Part shown: one piece after another, positions 52,391 to 63,139 of the stretch
Numbering within the stretch: the first letter of the stretch is position 1
Layout of the letters: the number at the start of each line of letters is the position of its first letter
Source of the DNA: Callorhinchus milii
Taxonomy: Eukaryota
Length of the DNA stretch: 64,000 bases
Direction: 5' to 3'
Assembly: GCF_018977255.1 (NCBI RefSeq)
Contig: NW_024704745.1
Location: 48,608,001 to 48,672,000, forward strand
Made by a program: the position numbers and the translations under genes
Notes under the pieces: model-generated
The model's input: the letters and a program-made list of their open reading frames with translations, nothing else
Databases searched by the model: none
Told to the model about the DNA's origin: nothing

Positions 52391-53597
52391 GTTGTGCATG
52401 TATACGATGGATAAGTGATACCTCACCTATGCCTGGTTTTTCATATTGAAAATAATCAAGAGTACAGTTCAGTGTTTTTTACAAATTATACAGAAGTGCC
52501 CAGTTTTCAATACAGTAACAGAAATAAACAATAGGAAACAGAGAATAAGTGCATTTATAGACACCTAAGCCCATACTTAACTTAAACGAGTTTTTAACAA
52601 ATAAACTGACAGTCGCGGGTGCTGGGAAGCTCTGTCACACTGACAGTTGCTCACTATGCACACCCTTGTGGTATCGGAGAACACATGCCTAACTCACCAC
52701 TCGCCAAATAACCGGTCCACTGAGTGCTTTTCCCTTGGAGTGATGATTTCTCAGGAGTTTACTGTAGTTGTGTATCCTGGCCTCAGCCTTCTTTCCTGGT
52801 AACCCATTCCAGCTGTTGATTTTCAAAGAGCTCTGCTACTTTACTCCTTCAGTGACTCAATGAAACATTGTATCACAAGCGCCTTTGATTGTTTAAGACA
52901 AGTACAAATTTAATTATACCTTGTATCACTCAGTTCAGTTTCATGTTTTACAACAAATACACAGTTATCAACTGTATCCAAGTATTTAAGGAACTGTTAC
53001 TACAAGTTGACTTCTGCCACAGCAGTTTAAAGTTCTCGTAAACTATGGGTAACTGCCCTGTCAGGAAATACGTACCATCTTATGTAAATCAGCACAAGTT
53101 GGTTTTCAATTTCCTGATCTAATTTTAAGAAATGTGTTAACTCGACTTACAATGGCCTTTAGCACTACTTTGAGATTGTTTCTTGTAAACTTTGTATTTT
53201 TGTATTGTATTCCGCCTCTTCCCTTTCCTTCCACAGCCACAAAACAAGAGTCTTGTGCTCAGCCGGGCAGCATTGCGACAATATAGGTTCCCACAACCAG
53301 GGTCTTTAGAAACACAAATCCAGACTAATCTTGTATCCCTGGCTTGAATATCATCATTTATCTTCAGTGCTGGCGGTAACTCTGATTTCGAGCATGAAAA
53401 CAGCCACTTCTTACTGGCACTGAATTTAAATATGCTTCTTTTTACTACACATTAGACCCTGACTAACAACTGCTGACAGTAAAGCCTTGCTCCTACTGGG
53501 TTCTCTAATCTTTTTCCATATATGCTGTCAAAACCTAATGAAAAGGACATTTAAATGCCAGGAGCACTGACCTGCCTCTTGGATCCACTGCACTGTG

Positions 53598-53800
53598 TAC
53601 AACAACAACAACAAGATTCCATTTATAGAGCGCCTTTCACGTCAGGAGGACGTCCCAAGGCGCTGCACAGTTGGGTCATGACCCGAGCAGGGGGGAAATG
53701 GTCAGGGGGAGGGAAGGGAGGGAGAGAGGAGGGGGGAAATGGTCAGGGTGAGGGGAGGGAAGGGAGGGAGCGAGGAGGAGGAAGAGAGTCGAGAGGGGAG
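53598..53800 (-). mobile_element. Young L2 3'UTR/tail
   Basis: Near-exact reverse complement of 18350-18557, including the duplicated ccctcaccctgaccattt unit and (GTT)n tail. Confidence 0.88.
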
Positions 53801-54554
53801 CTGAGTGTACTCCTTATTTTGAACCAAAAGCTGCTTGTAAGATAAAGATTTTTGTCAAAATCACTGAGCTCCAAATAGTCTTTTCCCAGTTTTTATTTCT
53901 CAGTGAAAGATACACTGTATATTTTCTAAACACACACAGTTATACAAACAGTGCTGAACCTATATTATACATATAGTATAAATGTTCAACCCAACAAAAT
54001 AATTTTGTAATGCTCTGAAAAATATGAAATCCAATATGCCAAAAATAATTACTATAATTCAATATTACATTTGTTTTATCGTAAACAGAGAATTAAAGAA
54101 ATATTCTGCATTGCTCCGGATTCTTCAAATTCTTCCTTATAAAGCTACATCATATTTGTTTTACACACAATATATCATCCAGATAAATTAATATACTTGC
54201 AGTAATGTTTAAATTGCTTTAATCCCAATGTAATAAATAAAAATGCATTTTCTCTTTACACTTAAATTACAATTCATTTTGAGTACATCAGAGAAATATG
54301 TCATCTTTAGGATTGGACTGGGAGCTGAAGCTGGCAGTAGGCCCAATCCTCCTGATACAATATTGAGCAAGTCTGGTGTACCTTTCCAGAGTTGGATGCG
54401 GAGGGGAAACCTGTGTGTATTAACCTGGCTTAGTTTATATACATTTATATAAATGTGTATAAGCTAAGTTTATTTTGCGCCTTTCACGTGCTCCTGACAT
54501 GGAAGGCTAAACCGAGGTCCCATCTGCATGTTCAGGTGGATGTTAAAGACCCCA

Positions 54555-54858
54555 GGAGTCCTGTAGCTCAGTGGTTAGAGCACTCGCTTTGCAAGCAGGA
54601 CGAAACCTTGTGCAAGTTTCCTTACTCCACACAGAGCCTAATAATAATCCCTCCAAAAACCAAAAACAATAATAAATTGATCATTTTCAATCCACGACTG
54701 TTTGTGGGACATTGCTGTGCGCAATTGGCTGCCGCGTTCGCCCACAAATATACAGTCAATTCACTTTACAGTGTGTTCTGTGAAGCGCTTTGGGACGTCC
54801 TCCCGACGTGAAAAGCGCTATATCAAATGCAAGGATTATTATTATTATTATTATTATT
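54555..54858 (+). mobile_element. Young tRNA(Ala)-headed SINE inserted into an older Deu-domain SINE
   Basis: Preceded by ctaaaccgaggtcccatctgcatgttcaggtggatgttaaagacccc; long perfect (ATT)n tail. Confidence 0.9.
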
Positions 54859-55364
54859 GCAATATTTAAAAAGAGCAAGGCATTGCTCCCAATGTCCTTG
54901 CCAACAATCCTGCAGATAAAATTGCTTATTCACTGGATATAATAGGTACAGTCACTGAACTTTACAAGTTACAAGTTGTAATCACTATTTGCAAGTTGCA
55001 CTTTACAATATATCTGGTGAAATGCTTTAAGATAACCTCCTGAAATGAAAGGTGCTCCATCAAATCAGAGGTCATTATTATAGTAAACACTATGACATGA
55101 GGATAATGGGGAGTTAAGGAAATCAACCGTGGAGGAAAAAATGTTTGAAGGACTTAAAAGCTGTGCAGTAGTGCTTTGCTTTCCATCAATTTCAGAAAGT
55201 GTTTAAAGACTCATTCCTTCAATTTGTACCTACTGGTGGCTTGATAATTTCTCACATACATGCAAATGCACACACACATAATACAGCATGTTGTGATAAA
55301 TACGACTTGGGAAACAATCTAAACTATTAAAAAGAACCGGAACAAGTTTGTTGGCCCATAATAC

Positions 55365-56042
55365 TCAGTCCTTAAAAAGTGCTTGTTTCTCTTGCACTGC
55401 CTGTCTTCTGCTGGGTGGTTTGACTTTCTGAGAGATGTGTGATTGGGCCGATGCCTCTTCTCTGACATCTTTCTTGGGCGTTAGGTGAAGGTGCATGATG
55501 TAGAATTGAATCATTGCTATGATAAATCCCAGATGATCCTACTAAAGAAAGACAATTTAATTAGCCAAAAATGTGGGATTGATTCACTACCTGGAATAGC
55601 TAGTAGTGATTCCAACTTGCAAATAGAAAAACTTGCTGGTAACAGTGTAAAATAACTAATTTATCATGTGACAAACTTTGCGATGTTTTATTGTAATAAA
55701 GCACTGAGTCAAATGCTCAGTATTGATTTTACTTTTGTCTCACACCACTTCCTGTAGTAGAACAAGAATATAATATATCTGATAGATCTAACTCTCTTTT
55801 ATGTTATCATAAGATATATGAGTAATATAAGCAATATTCTTACTTGAATTCTCAAATGCCTCTGTTTGTTCTTCCTCTACAGCTCTTGTTTCTTCACTTT
55901 GAACAAACTAGAAAATTGAAATATAATTTGTGTGACTATGACTGTGAAGGTGGTCTCCGATTTGCCTCCTTTTGTAGAGGTGCCAAGTCAGGTGCCACTG
56001 CTTCTCACGATGTCATACCTGATGTTTTCCCATGGATTTAAT
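55365..56042 (-). other. Candidate downstream exons of the deaminase gene (24-nt micro-exon 56042-56019; terminal exon 55538-55365)
   Basis: Possible donor CAG|gtgcat at 57133. ttcaatag|ATTAAATCCATGGGAAAACATCAG|gtatga is phase 0/0. tttctttagtag|GAT opens 57 codons (DHLG...LTPKKDVREE...KVKPPSRRQ...ALFKD*). Based only on splice signals and frame. Confidence 0.3.
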
Positions 56043-56177
56043 CTATTGAAAGTGAATGTCTCACTGAAGGAATTTGGGTGGTCTTTTTATGGCTCTTCTT
56101 TTTGATTTTGGCCCTTTAGAAAATAGCTCTTTCTTAGCTCTTTCTCTCCTTTATTTATAAGGTCAATGTGTACTACA

Positions 56178-56500
56178 GGAGTCCTGTAGCTCAGTGGTTA
56201 GAGCACTCGCTTTGCAAGTGAGAGACCTGAGTTCAATTCCAGGCAGGGCGAAACCTTGGGCAAGTTTCCTTACTCCACACACCTAATAATAATCCCTCCA
56301 AAACCCAAAACAATAATAAAATGAGTCATTTTCAATCTATGACTGTTTGTGGGACATTGCTGTGCGCAATTGGCTGCCGCGTTCGCCCACAAAAATACAG
56401 TCAATTCACTTTACAGTGTGTTCTGTGAAGCGCTTTGGGACGTCCTTCTGACGTGAAAAGCGCTATATCAAATGCAAGGATTATTATTATTATTATTATT
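56178..56500 (+). mobile_element. Young full-length tRNA(Ala)-headed SINE
   Basis: Intact head, core, tail and (ATT)n. Confidence 0.93.
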
Positions 56501-56630
56501 ACTAAATGGCTATGAAAATGGTTTTAGTGCCTTTGGTGGCTTAGATGCAGAGCAGGAAGCAAAGTCCTAGATTAAATTGTTCTGAATATCATATCTTGTC
56601 TGGGCACCTCGTGTCTCTGTAATAATAATA

Positions 56631-56655
56631 ACCCTAACCCTAACCCTAATCCTAA
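56631..56655. repeat. Short interstitial telomeric repeat (CCCTAA)3 + TCCTAA
   Basis: accctaaccctaaccctaatcctaa. Confidence 0.7.
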
Positions 56656-57078
56656 TTAATTACAACAACAACTTGCATTTATATAGTACCCTTTATGCCG
56701 GGCAGCGACTCTCCAGGATGCTACCCCACATGAAGGGTCTACATAAATATAAGTGTAAGTTGTTTTTGTTGTTGTCGTTGTCGTGTGAATAGTACTGTAT
56801 AAATGCAAGTGAATGCAACTTAGCTCCAACAAAGTCTGGAGATGACTATCAAATTAAATCCCATTTGAAATTAAACTTTGGGTAGGCTCAGGGCCTGGTT
56901 TGGTCACATTTCAAGCGCTTTGAGATGTCTCAAAGACATGATAAGGCGCTATATCACAAGCAAAGATTATTATTATTAATCTTCTCCACAACTGTATAAC
57001 CTGGAATCACTTTTTTAATTTTTTTTAAACTAACCTGGGATATGGTGACAGCAAATTTTAGGTGTTTTGACCTCACTA

Positions 57079-57668
57079 CTACAAGACACTATAAAAATGC
57101 AAAATAAATGCATATAAAAGTATTGCATGCACCTGAAGGGTCTGTAGGCCTTCTGAGAATTTCTGATAGTGTGATTCCAAATCAGGCCAAGGCTCAAAAG
57201 TTGCCAAGTGGCCACCTTCCACAAACGAATAAAAACACGTGACAAAATCAGCCTTGTCCATTGCTGTAAGGGAAATATTTTCCTTCAGAAGATTTTTCAC
57301 GCCATTCTGCACTTCAGGGAGCTGAAAACAATAACTTTTTGACATTTTTATATCTATCGAAACGTTGTTGAACAATCTATGGAAATCGATTATTTTTCTG
57401 CAACACCTTGAACAAGGACCGTAAGAGAGATAATAAGTAATGTTGTAGCATTTTCCTAAATCATGTGAAATATTTGCTGCTATGTACTGCTCCATTTCAT
57501 CTATAACAAGTTCTTCTGCATGGCTCTTCTTTTGATCATTGATGGCATAACCCCATAGCTATCTTCTTTCAGTTGGAAGCAAAGTAAAGTATAGTGTTGA
57601 TCTGAAGCGTTATTAAACCCATCATAAAATTTCTCTTTGGACAAATGTCTCTTCAGAAACAAAGGCAT
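57079..57668 (-). CDS. AID/APOBEC-family zinc-dependent cytidine deaminase, divergent; frameshifted as assembled (gene with a sequence error, or pseudogene)
   Basis: Frame A 57668-57561: MPLFLKRHLSKEKFYDGFNNASDQHYTLLCFQLKED. Frame B 57558-57079: LWGYAINDQKKSHAEELVIDEMEQYIAANISHDLGKCYNITYYLSYGPCSRCCRKIIDF...NGVKNLLKENISLTAMDKADFVTCFYSFVEGGHLATFEPWPDLESHYQKFSEGLQTLQ.... HAE is at 57522-57514 and PCSRC at 57417-57403. A strong acceptor (ttttttatattacag) near 57861 suggests the whole domain lies in one exon. Confidence 0.88.
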
Positions 57669-58929
57669 TTTGTCTTTCTTAATACACCTTCAGACTGCAA
57701 GACCATTTCTACATAGGAATGGAACCAATAGTTTTGTAAGTAGTGTTAGTTAAATCAAATCATTTGTATCTGTCCAGGTGGATGAAATAATGCCAGCCCT
57801 TGCTAAGATGGCAGTCCTTCCCTATCCTTCTGCCTCCATTCCAAGAATCATTTCATTTCTGTGCGAATAGATTTATGTCCTGTAATATAAAAAAACACAC
57901 AAAATGTTGGAAGTCTTTTGATTCAGATGCCCTTGTAGAAAGGAAATGACTTGGAGGTCCCCCCCCACCTGAGCAAATCCTAAAATTACTGCATGTATAC
58001 ACTGGCAATCAATTGGTGCTTAGAAACAATTCCTCAGCAATCAAAGATGTATGTTTTGCATCAATTTTAATCATTGTTGGGCTACAAGAAAATGCATTGT
58101 GTTGATAGAAGTGCATGCACACAGCCAACACAAGCGTTACTTGAATGATTAACTGAGATGCTTCAGAAGTCAAAGTTAACCAAAAATCAGCTTTATTCCT
58201 TAATAACATGCCTAAATTTAAAACTTGTCTAAAAATATTCATTGGAAAAATAAGAAAGGAAAGATATAAAGGCTTTGGTGGCCCACTAACTTGAAAAAAT
58301 TGAGATCTAATTTGCTATATTTTTATATTCAACTCCATTATCAACATTGTACCATTACATTTGGAGCCCTCAGAACGACATTTCATAGTACTTCACATGA
58401 TCTACTATAAAGTGATTGTGTATTTTGTACGTGAACAGTATTCCCCATTAATTAACTTGGGAGAAAAAAATCCCCAAATCTTTATTTTTCTCGGCTAATT
58501 TACTCCTCTGATTTGCTGCCCTTTCTTTCTCCTCTCCTCATCCAAACATCTCAAAGCGCTTCACAGAATATACTGTAAAGTATATTTGACTTATTTTTAA
58601 TTATATAAAAAACAAGATATAGGAATATTGATAAACAGAGTCCAATAATTTATACATGAAACAATCAGCTACATAACAGTCAACTGCCATAGAATTAGAC
58701 GGTCTGCTTTGCATTGTCCTCTTCATTATGATTGGATGTACTCTCCATATCCTGTACTGTACTTGGAGCAGTATAGCAAGGCTGACAATTATAACAAATG
58801 CTGTGCATTTCAGCATGAGATGATTTTTGTGTTGGTAATAATTAACAATGCATTTCATATACTGTGGGGTAATAAGCCTTGCATTTGACATAGAGCCTTA
58901 GAGCTTCACAAAGAGTTGCGCGCACACAC

Positions 58930-59190
58930 AAGTGCCTGTGTTTACCTAGCAGTAAGTAGGAACCTGTTTGTTAGTTGATTGGTGGATCGCTTTCCAGGGG
59001 TAATAATCCCTCCAAAATAATAATATGGTCACTCAATCCACAGTTCGTGGGACACTGCTGTGTCAATTGACTGCTGCATTTCACCCATAAAACACACTGT
59101 CACTACACTTTACAGTGTATCCTGTGAAGCACTTTGAGACATCTCCAAGACTTGATGAGGCACTCTATCAAATACAAGGATTATTATTAT
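58930..59190 (+). mobile_element. Long-form SINE lacking the head
   Basis: ttacctagcagtaagtaggaacc...gtgggacactgctgtgtcaattgactgctgc...tail. Confidence 0.78.
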
Positions 59191-59477
59191 CAGGACATCC
59201 AAACATCTCAAAGCGCTTCACAGAATATACTGTAAAGTATAGTGACTGTGTTTTGCGGGTGAAACATGGCAGCCAATTGCACACAGCAGTGTCCCACAAA
59301 CAGTCCCGGATTCAGTGACCACATTACTATTGGTAGTACTTTGAAGGAATTATTACCACTGGAAAGTGATCCGCCTGAATATTTGTAGGTCAACCATGTT
59401 AACTTCCCTTCCTATCCTTGCCTTGGGGTGTTAAATATCAACAGAGACAATATTTATGTACCAAATACTCTATGCCA

Positions 59478-59580
59478 ATATACAGTCAATTCACTTTACA
59501 GTGTGTTCTGTGAAGCGCTTTGGGACGTCCTCCCGACGTGAAAAGCGCTATATCAAATGCAAGGATTATTATTATTATTA
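59478..59580 (+). mobile_element. Very young 5'-truncated SINE tail
   Basis: By eye, identical to the last 100 nt or so of the 54555 copy. Confidence 0.88.
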
Positions 59581-59861
59581 TGCCGTCAAAGAGGGCTAGT
59601 GACTAACTTGAAACTTGTGCGTAGAGGAATATTTACAGTCAAAGAAAGATGAAGATCCTACAAAGCAGGTAAATCTAACTTTCTTCTTTATATTAATGCT
59701 TAGTGAAAGTAAATCTAATCACTGACTACTCCACAGGGTTGTCCTGCAGTTTGTGTTGAAAGGAAACTACAAAATTGACCCACGAAGTAGATGTGGTTCT
59801 GGTGGCTGATCCTTCATCCTAGTAGAAGGTTTCTTACTTATTACTTACCTCTCCGACCTAC

Positions 59862-60088
59862 TATCCCCCTACCTACCTGCCCGTACCCTCCGTTCCTCTG
59901 GCTCCGGTCTGCTCACGTCCCCCGCCCCAACCGCCCTACCATCGGTGGTCGGGCCTTCAGCCTCTCAGCCCCCAGGCTCTGGAACTCCATCCCCCAGTGC
60001 CTTCGCCTTGCTTCCTCCCTTCCCTCCTTCAAGGCCGGTCTCAAAACCTTTCTCTTTGACCGAGCCTTCAGCTCCCCTCCCCCCCCCC

Positions 60089-60128
<40 letters not shown>

Positions 60129-60232
60129 ACCCTGACCATTTCCCCCTCGGTCATGACCCAACTGTGCAGCGCCTTGGGACGTCCTCCTGACGTGAAAGGC
60201 GCTTTATAAATGGAATCTTGTTGTTGTTGTTT
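59862..60232 (+). mobile_element. Young L2 3' fragment with a roughly 50-nt poly-C tract
   Basis: Near-identical to 18150-18557 ([20 protein letters not shown]...FKAGLKTFLFDRAF). Confidence 0.92.
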
Positions 60233-61639
60233 TATTAAACTATCAATGATGAACACATTCAAACAGTTATTGTGCTATCACAGTATTGGTTTTTGATACT
60301 GCAGTAACAAAGAATATGTCCCACAAAACAAAATTAGTTTCAGGGCCTTACATGGTTTGATTTATTGACATAGCAAGTTAAGGGTTTCTGTGGATTAGGA
60401 GTAAAACTCTGATCCACAACGTGCTGTGAAAAACAAAGGATTGATAAATTCTTGCTGGAAATGAAGTTGCAATACTACCTTGGAGCTAAGCATTCTAAAT
60501 TACAACCCACATGAAGGGCGTTTGATAAATGCCAGTTGTTGGTGGTGAAATTTAGAATAGTGTCTGAGGACACCTCTGCTCTTGTGCTAGATTAGAACCT
60601 TGAGCTCATTAGATCTTGCTGAAAGCATTGCTCTCATTGTAGCATTAGCTATTTCCACACATGGAAATACACAGATAAAATGGAGGATTGTTAAGTTTAT
60701 TAAATATTGGAATGAACAATGTGGAATTTGACATGATAAATATCACCAGTTTACATCCCAAGAAGAATAGGAGAACCATGAATACAATTGGATTTCCAAG
60801 CAAATTTCTTTCATTAAATGAGATATGAGGGAATATTTCCCAAGAGTAAAAAGTTATGAAAGACAGTGACAGCTGCTGCACAAGTTTTAATTGAATTTGG
60901 TTTCCAATCTAATATTAGAAGGTATAACAGATACTCCAAAATATCTGAAACATCAAGTGATAATTGGTTCAGTGTTTTGGCAGAGCACCAGAGAATATTT
61001 TTTGATTCCATTCAGCATTGTGATATTTATTTGAGGAACGTTCCCTGGAAACCAATGGAAACTCTCTGAGATGCTAGTCTGCGTGAAAGGTGTAATACAA
61101 AAATGCAAATTGTTGTTGTTGAAGTCATCTACTACAGGTGAAGGTACTGTGACACTGGTGTATTGAGCCACCTGTAGACTCCTCAAATACCCCTTGGAAC
61201 GCAACAAGCACTGAAATTATTTTCTTTTTTTAAGAAATACAGAAGGTATAAAATATTTATATTCTGTGAAACACTTTGAGACATCTGGAAGATGTGATAA
61301 GGCGCTATATCAAATTCAAGAATTATTATTATTATTATTTAAGGTATAATAGATACTCCAAAATATCTTGCACCTCACTTGATAATTGGTTCAGTGCTTT
61401 GGCAGAACAACAACTTCTTTTCATGTAGCATTGGGACTGTCTTCCAGTTAAGACTGAAATTTCCAAAATTCTGTGCAATCCTAAAATTAAGACAATGGTT
61501 TTAAGGCTCAGACCTTGAGATTTTCAGACTTGAAAAATCTCATGGGCAGCACCTAAATCTTACTCCTGCAACAAACTGGAAAATGAAGGACAGGCCTCCA
61601 TCTCCAAGAATAGGTTCCCATCAACTTGCCTCAGTTTGT

Positions 61640-62030
61640 TGCATTCTCGCCTCAGAGTCAGACTATTGTGGGTTCAAGGCCCATATCAGAACCTTAAGCT
61701 CACAAGAATCAGAGAGCATAGGAAATGGGGCACACATTCCAGTGAAGGGGAAGATGTAGGGGTCGCATTGTTGTTGAAGGTGTGGTAATTTGGATGAGAC
61801 AGTAAACCAAGGTTGTTCAGGTGGACGTTAAAGATTCCAAATACTATTTGAAAAGAAGGGAGTTTCTCCCGGTGTCTCCAGATAAACTTGGATATTGGCT
61901 TCATGGCTATCTGTGGGAATTGCTGTGTGCAAAATGGGCTGTTATGTTTGTGTAAATACACAGTCACTACATTTTACAGTATATTCTATGAAGCACTTTG
62001 AGATGTTCTTCCAACATGAAAGGTTTTCCA
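61640..62030 (+). mobile_element. Old Deu-domain SINE, near full length
   Basis: gagtcagactattgtgggttcaag...caggtggacgttaaagattcc...ggagtttctcccggtgtc...gtgggaattgctgtgtgcaaaatgggctg. Confidence 0.7.
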
Positions 62031-63139
62031 CTAAAATCAAAGGATGATCAAAGATTATTCTCATTACAGACAGCTCTTCTGGAGCAGAGAGATATCATAC
62101 CAGAAAGAAAGGTACTGAAGAGAGTTGGAAAGTCTGTAGGCAACAGTAACAGTTTAAATTCCATCCAAGCATAATGACTTTGACACTGTTCATCAGAACA
62201 GTTCCAATTTCAATTCAAAATAGATAAACATAAATAGAATTGTTTCCAATAAAGCATTTTATATAAAAAGTCTAGAATCAAGAACAAAAAAATTAAAAAT
62301 GACTACGTACTTCAGGGAATATAAAGAAAAAGTTTAGTAAAAAGTGGATTCCAGTAATACAAAGCATTCAACTTGTTTTAACATGAGATTAACAGATGAG
62401 CAACACACATAACAAGAACAAGGGTAGAATTTCATTTGCCAGTACAAAGTAAGAGTTTTACCACAACAGGATAGATCACATGGTCAACATTTTGAGGTTG
62501 TCAATAATGGTGATTTGCTTTTACAGAACATATTTAATTATAAAGAACATCCAAAATAATTAAACAGTGGGTCAAGTTATGACTTTCATAAACAGGCTTT
62601 AAAGCATTAATTGCAATTTGCTTTTTCTTCCCTTTTTGCATTTTTTTTTGGCTCAAGAAGGGTCAACCTAGGACGATTTAGAGGCAGAAAGAAACGATCA
62701 GTATTAGAGAGCATTGGATGTGCGGTGAAATATAAAGGAAACGCCAACAATATCAACTTTAAAGCCAAAAGCCAGTTGCAATCCCTGCCTTCCACAAATG
62801 GAGAGATTAAAAAACAAAATCCCCTGTTTTTTTTCCCGATCCCTTTTGAGGCTACTTTTCTCATCTCAATGAGTCAGCTGCACCTGGATTTGATAGACTG
62901 TGTTCCCAACCAACTCTCGTGTAATATGCTGGTGACAAGGGCAGAGACTGACAGACAGATCCAAATGCTCACAAAACACATCATAATAAAAATGAAAATA
63001 TACCTGTTTGGGATGTAAAAGGTGCTATAAAAGTGGCTATTGCCAGATTAAAGATCCAAAGTGCTAGAGTGAAATGTTCAATAATAACAAATAATATAAA
63101 ACTGCTTTTATAAATCATCATGTAACATACAGAGCAACA

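Noticed and set aside
52690-52815. Open minus-strand segment WNGLPGKKAEAR... with a gtgagt donor, as an upstream IPO5 exon
   Set aside because: The peptide resembles the CR1 ORF2 C-terminus (WNxLPxxVVEA), so an old LINE remnant is the simpler explanation.
53346-53406. Small inverted repeat ttcagtgc...gcactgaa as a pre-miRNA
   Set aside because: Stem is only about 14 bp with a bulge, and the loop is too large.
56070-56115. caaaatcaaaaagaagagccata resembling the QKKSHA-coding sequence of the deaminase
   Set aside because: Only about 20 nt of A/G-rich similarity, with no flanking homology.
57559-57561. TAG at the frameshift used as a splice acceptor (an intron explanation)
   Set aside because: The sequence immediately upstream is purine-rich, has no suitable donor, and itself encodes APOBEC-homologous residues up to the break.
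58009-58242. ORF ending ...HTSLIAEELFLSTN as a second deaminase module (also VEAEELFIS near 63320-63350)
   Set aside because: No His two residues before the Glu, and no downstream PCxxC. Probably chance resemblance or 5'UTR sequence.
54555-59580. Recurrent similar sequence blocks as a CRISPR-like array
   Set aside because: Irregular spacing, both orientations, eukaryotic context; these are dispersed SINE/L2 tails.
62607-63018. Overlapping 85-aa and 135-aa ORFs
   Set aside because: No recognisable domain, AT-rich low-complexity composition, no coherent splice structure.
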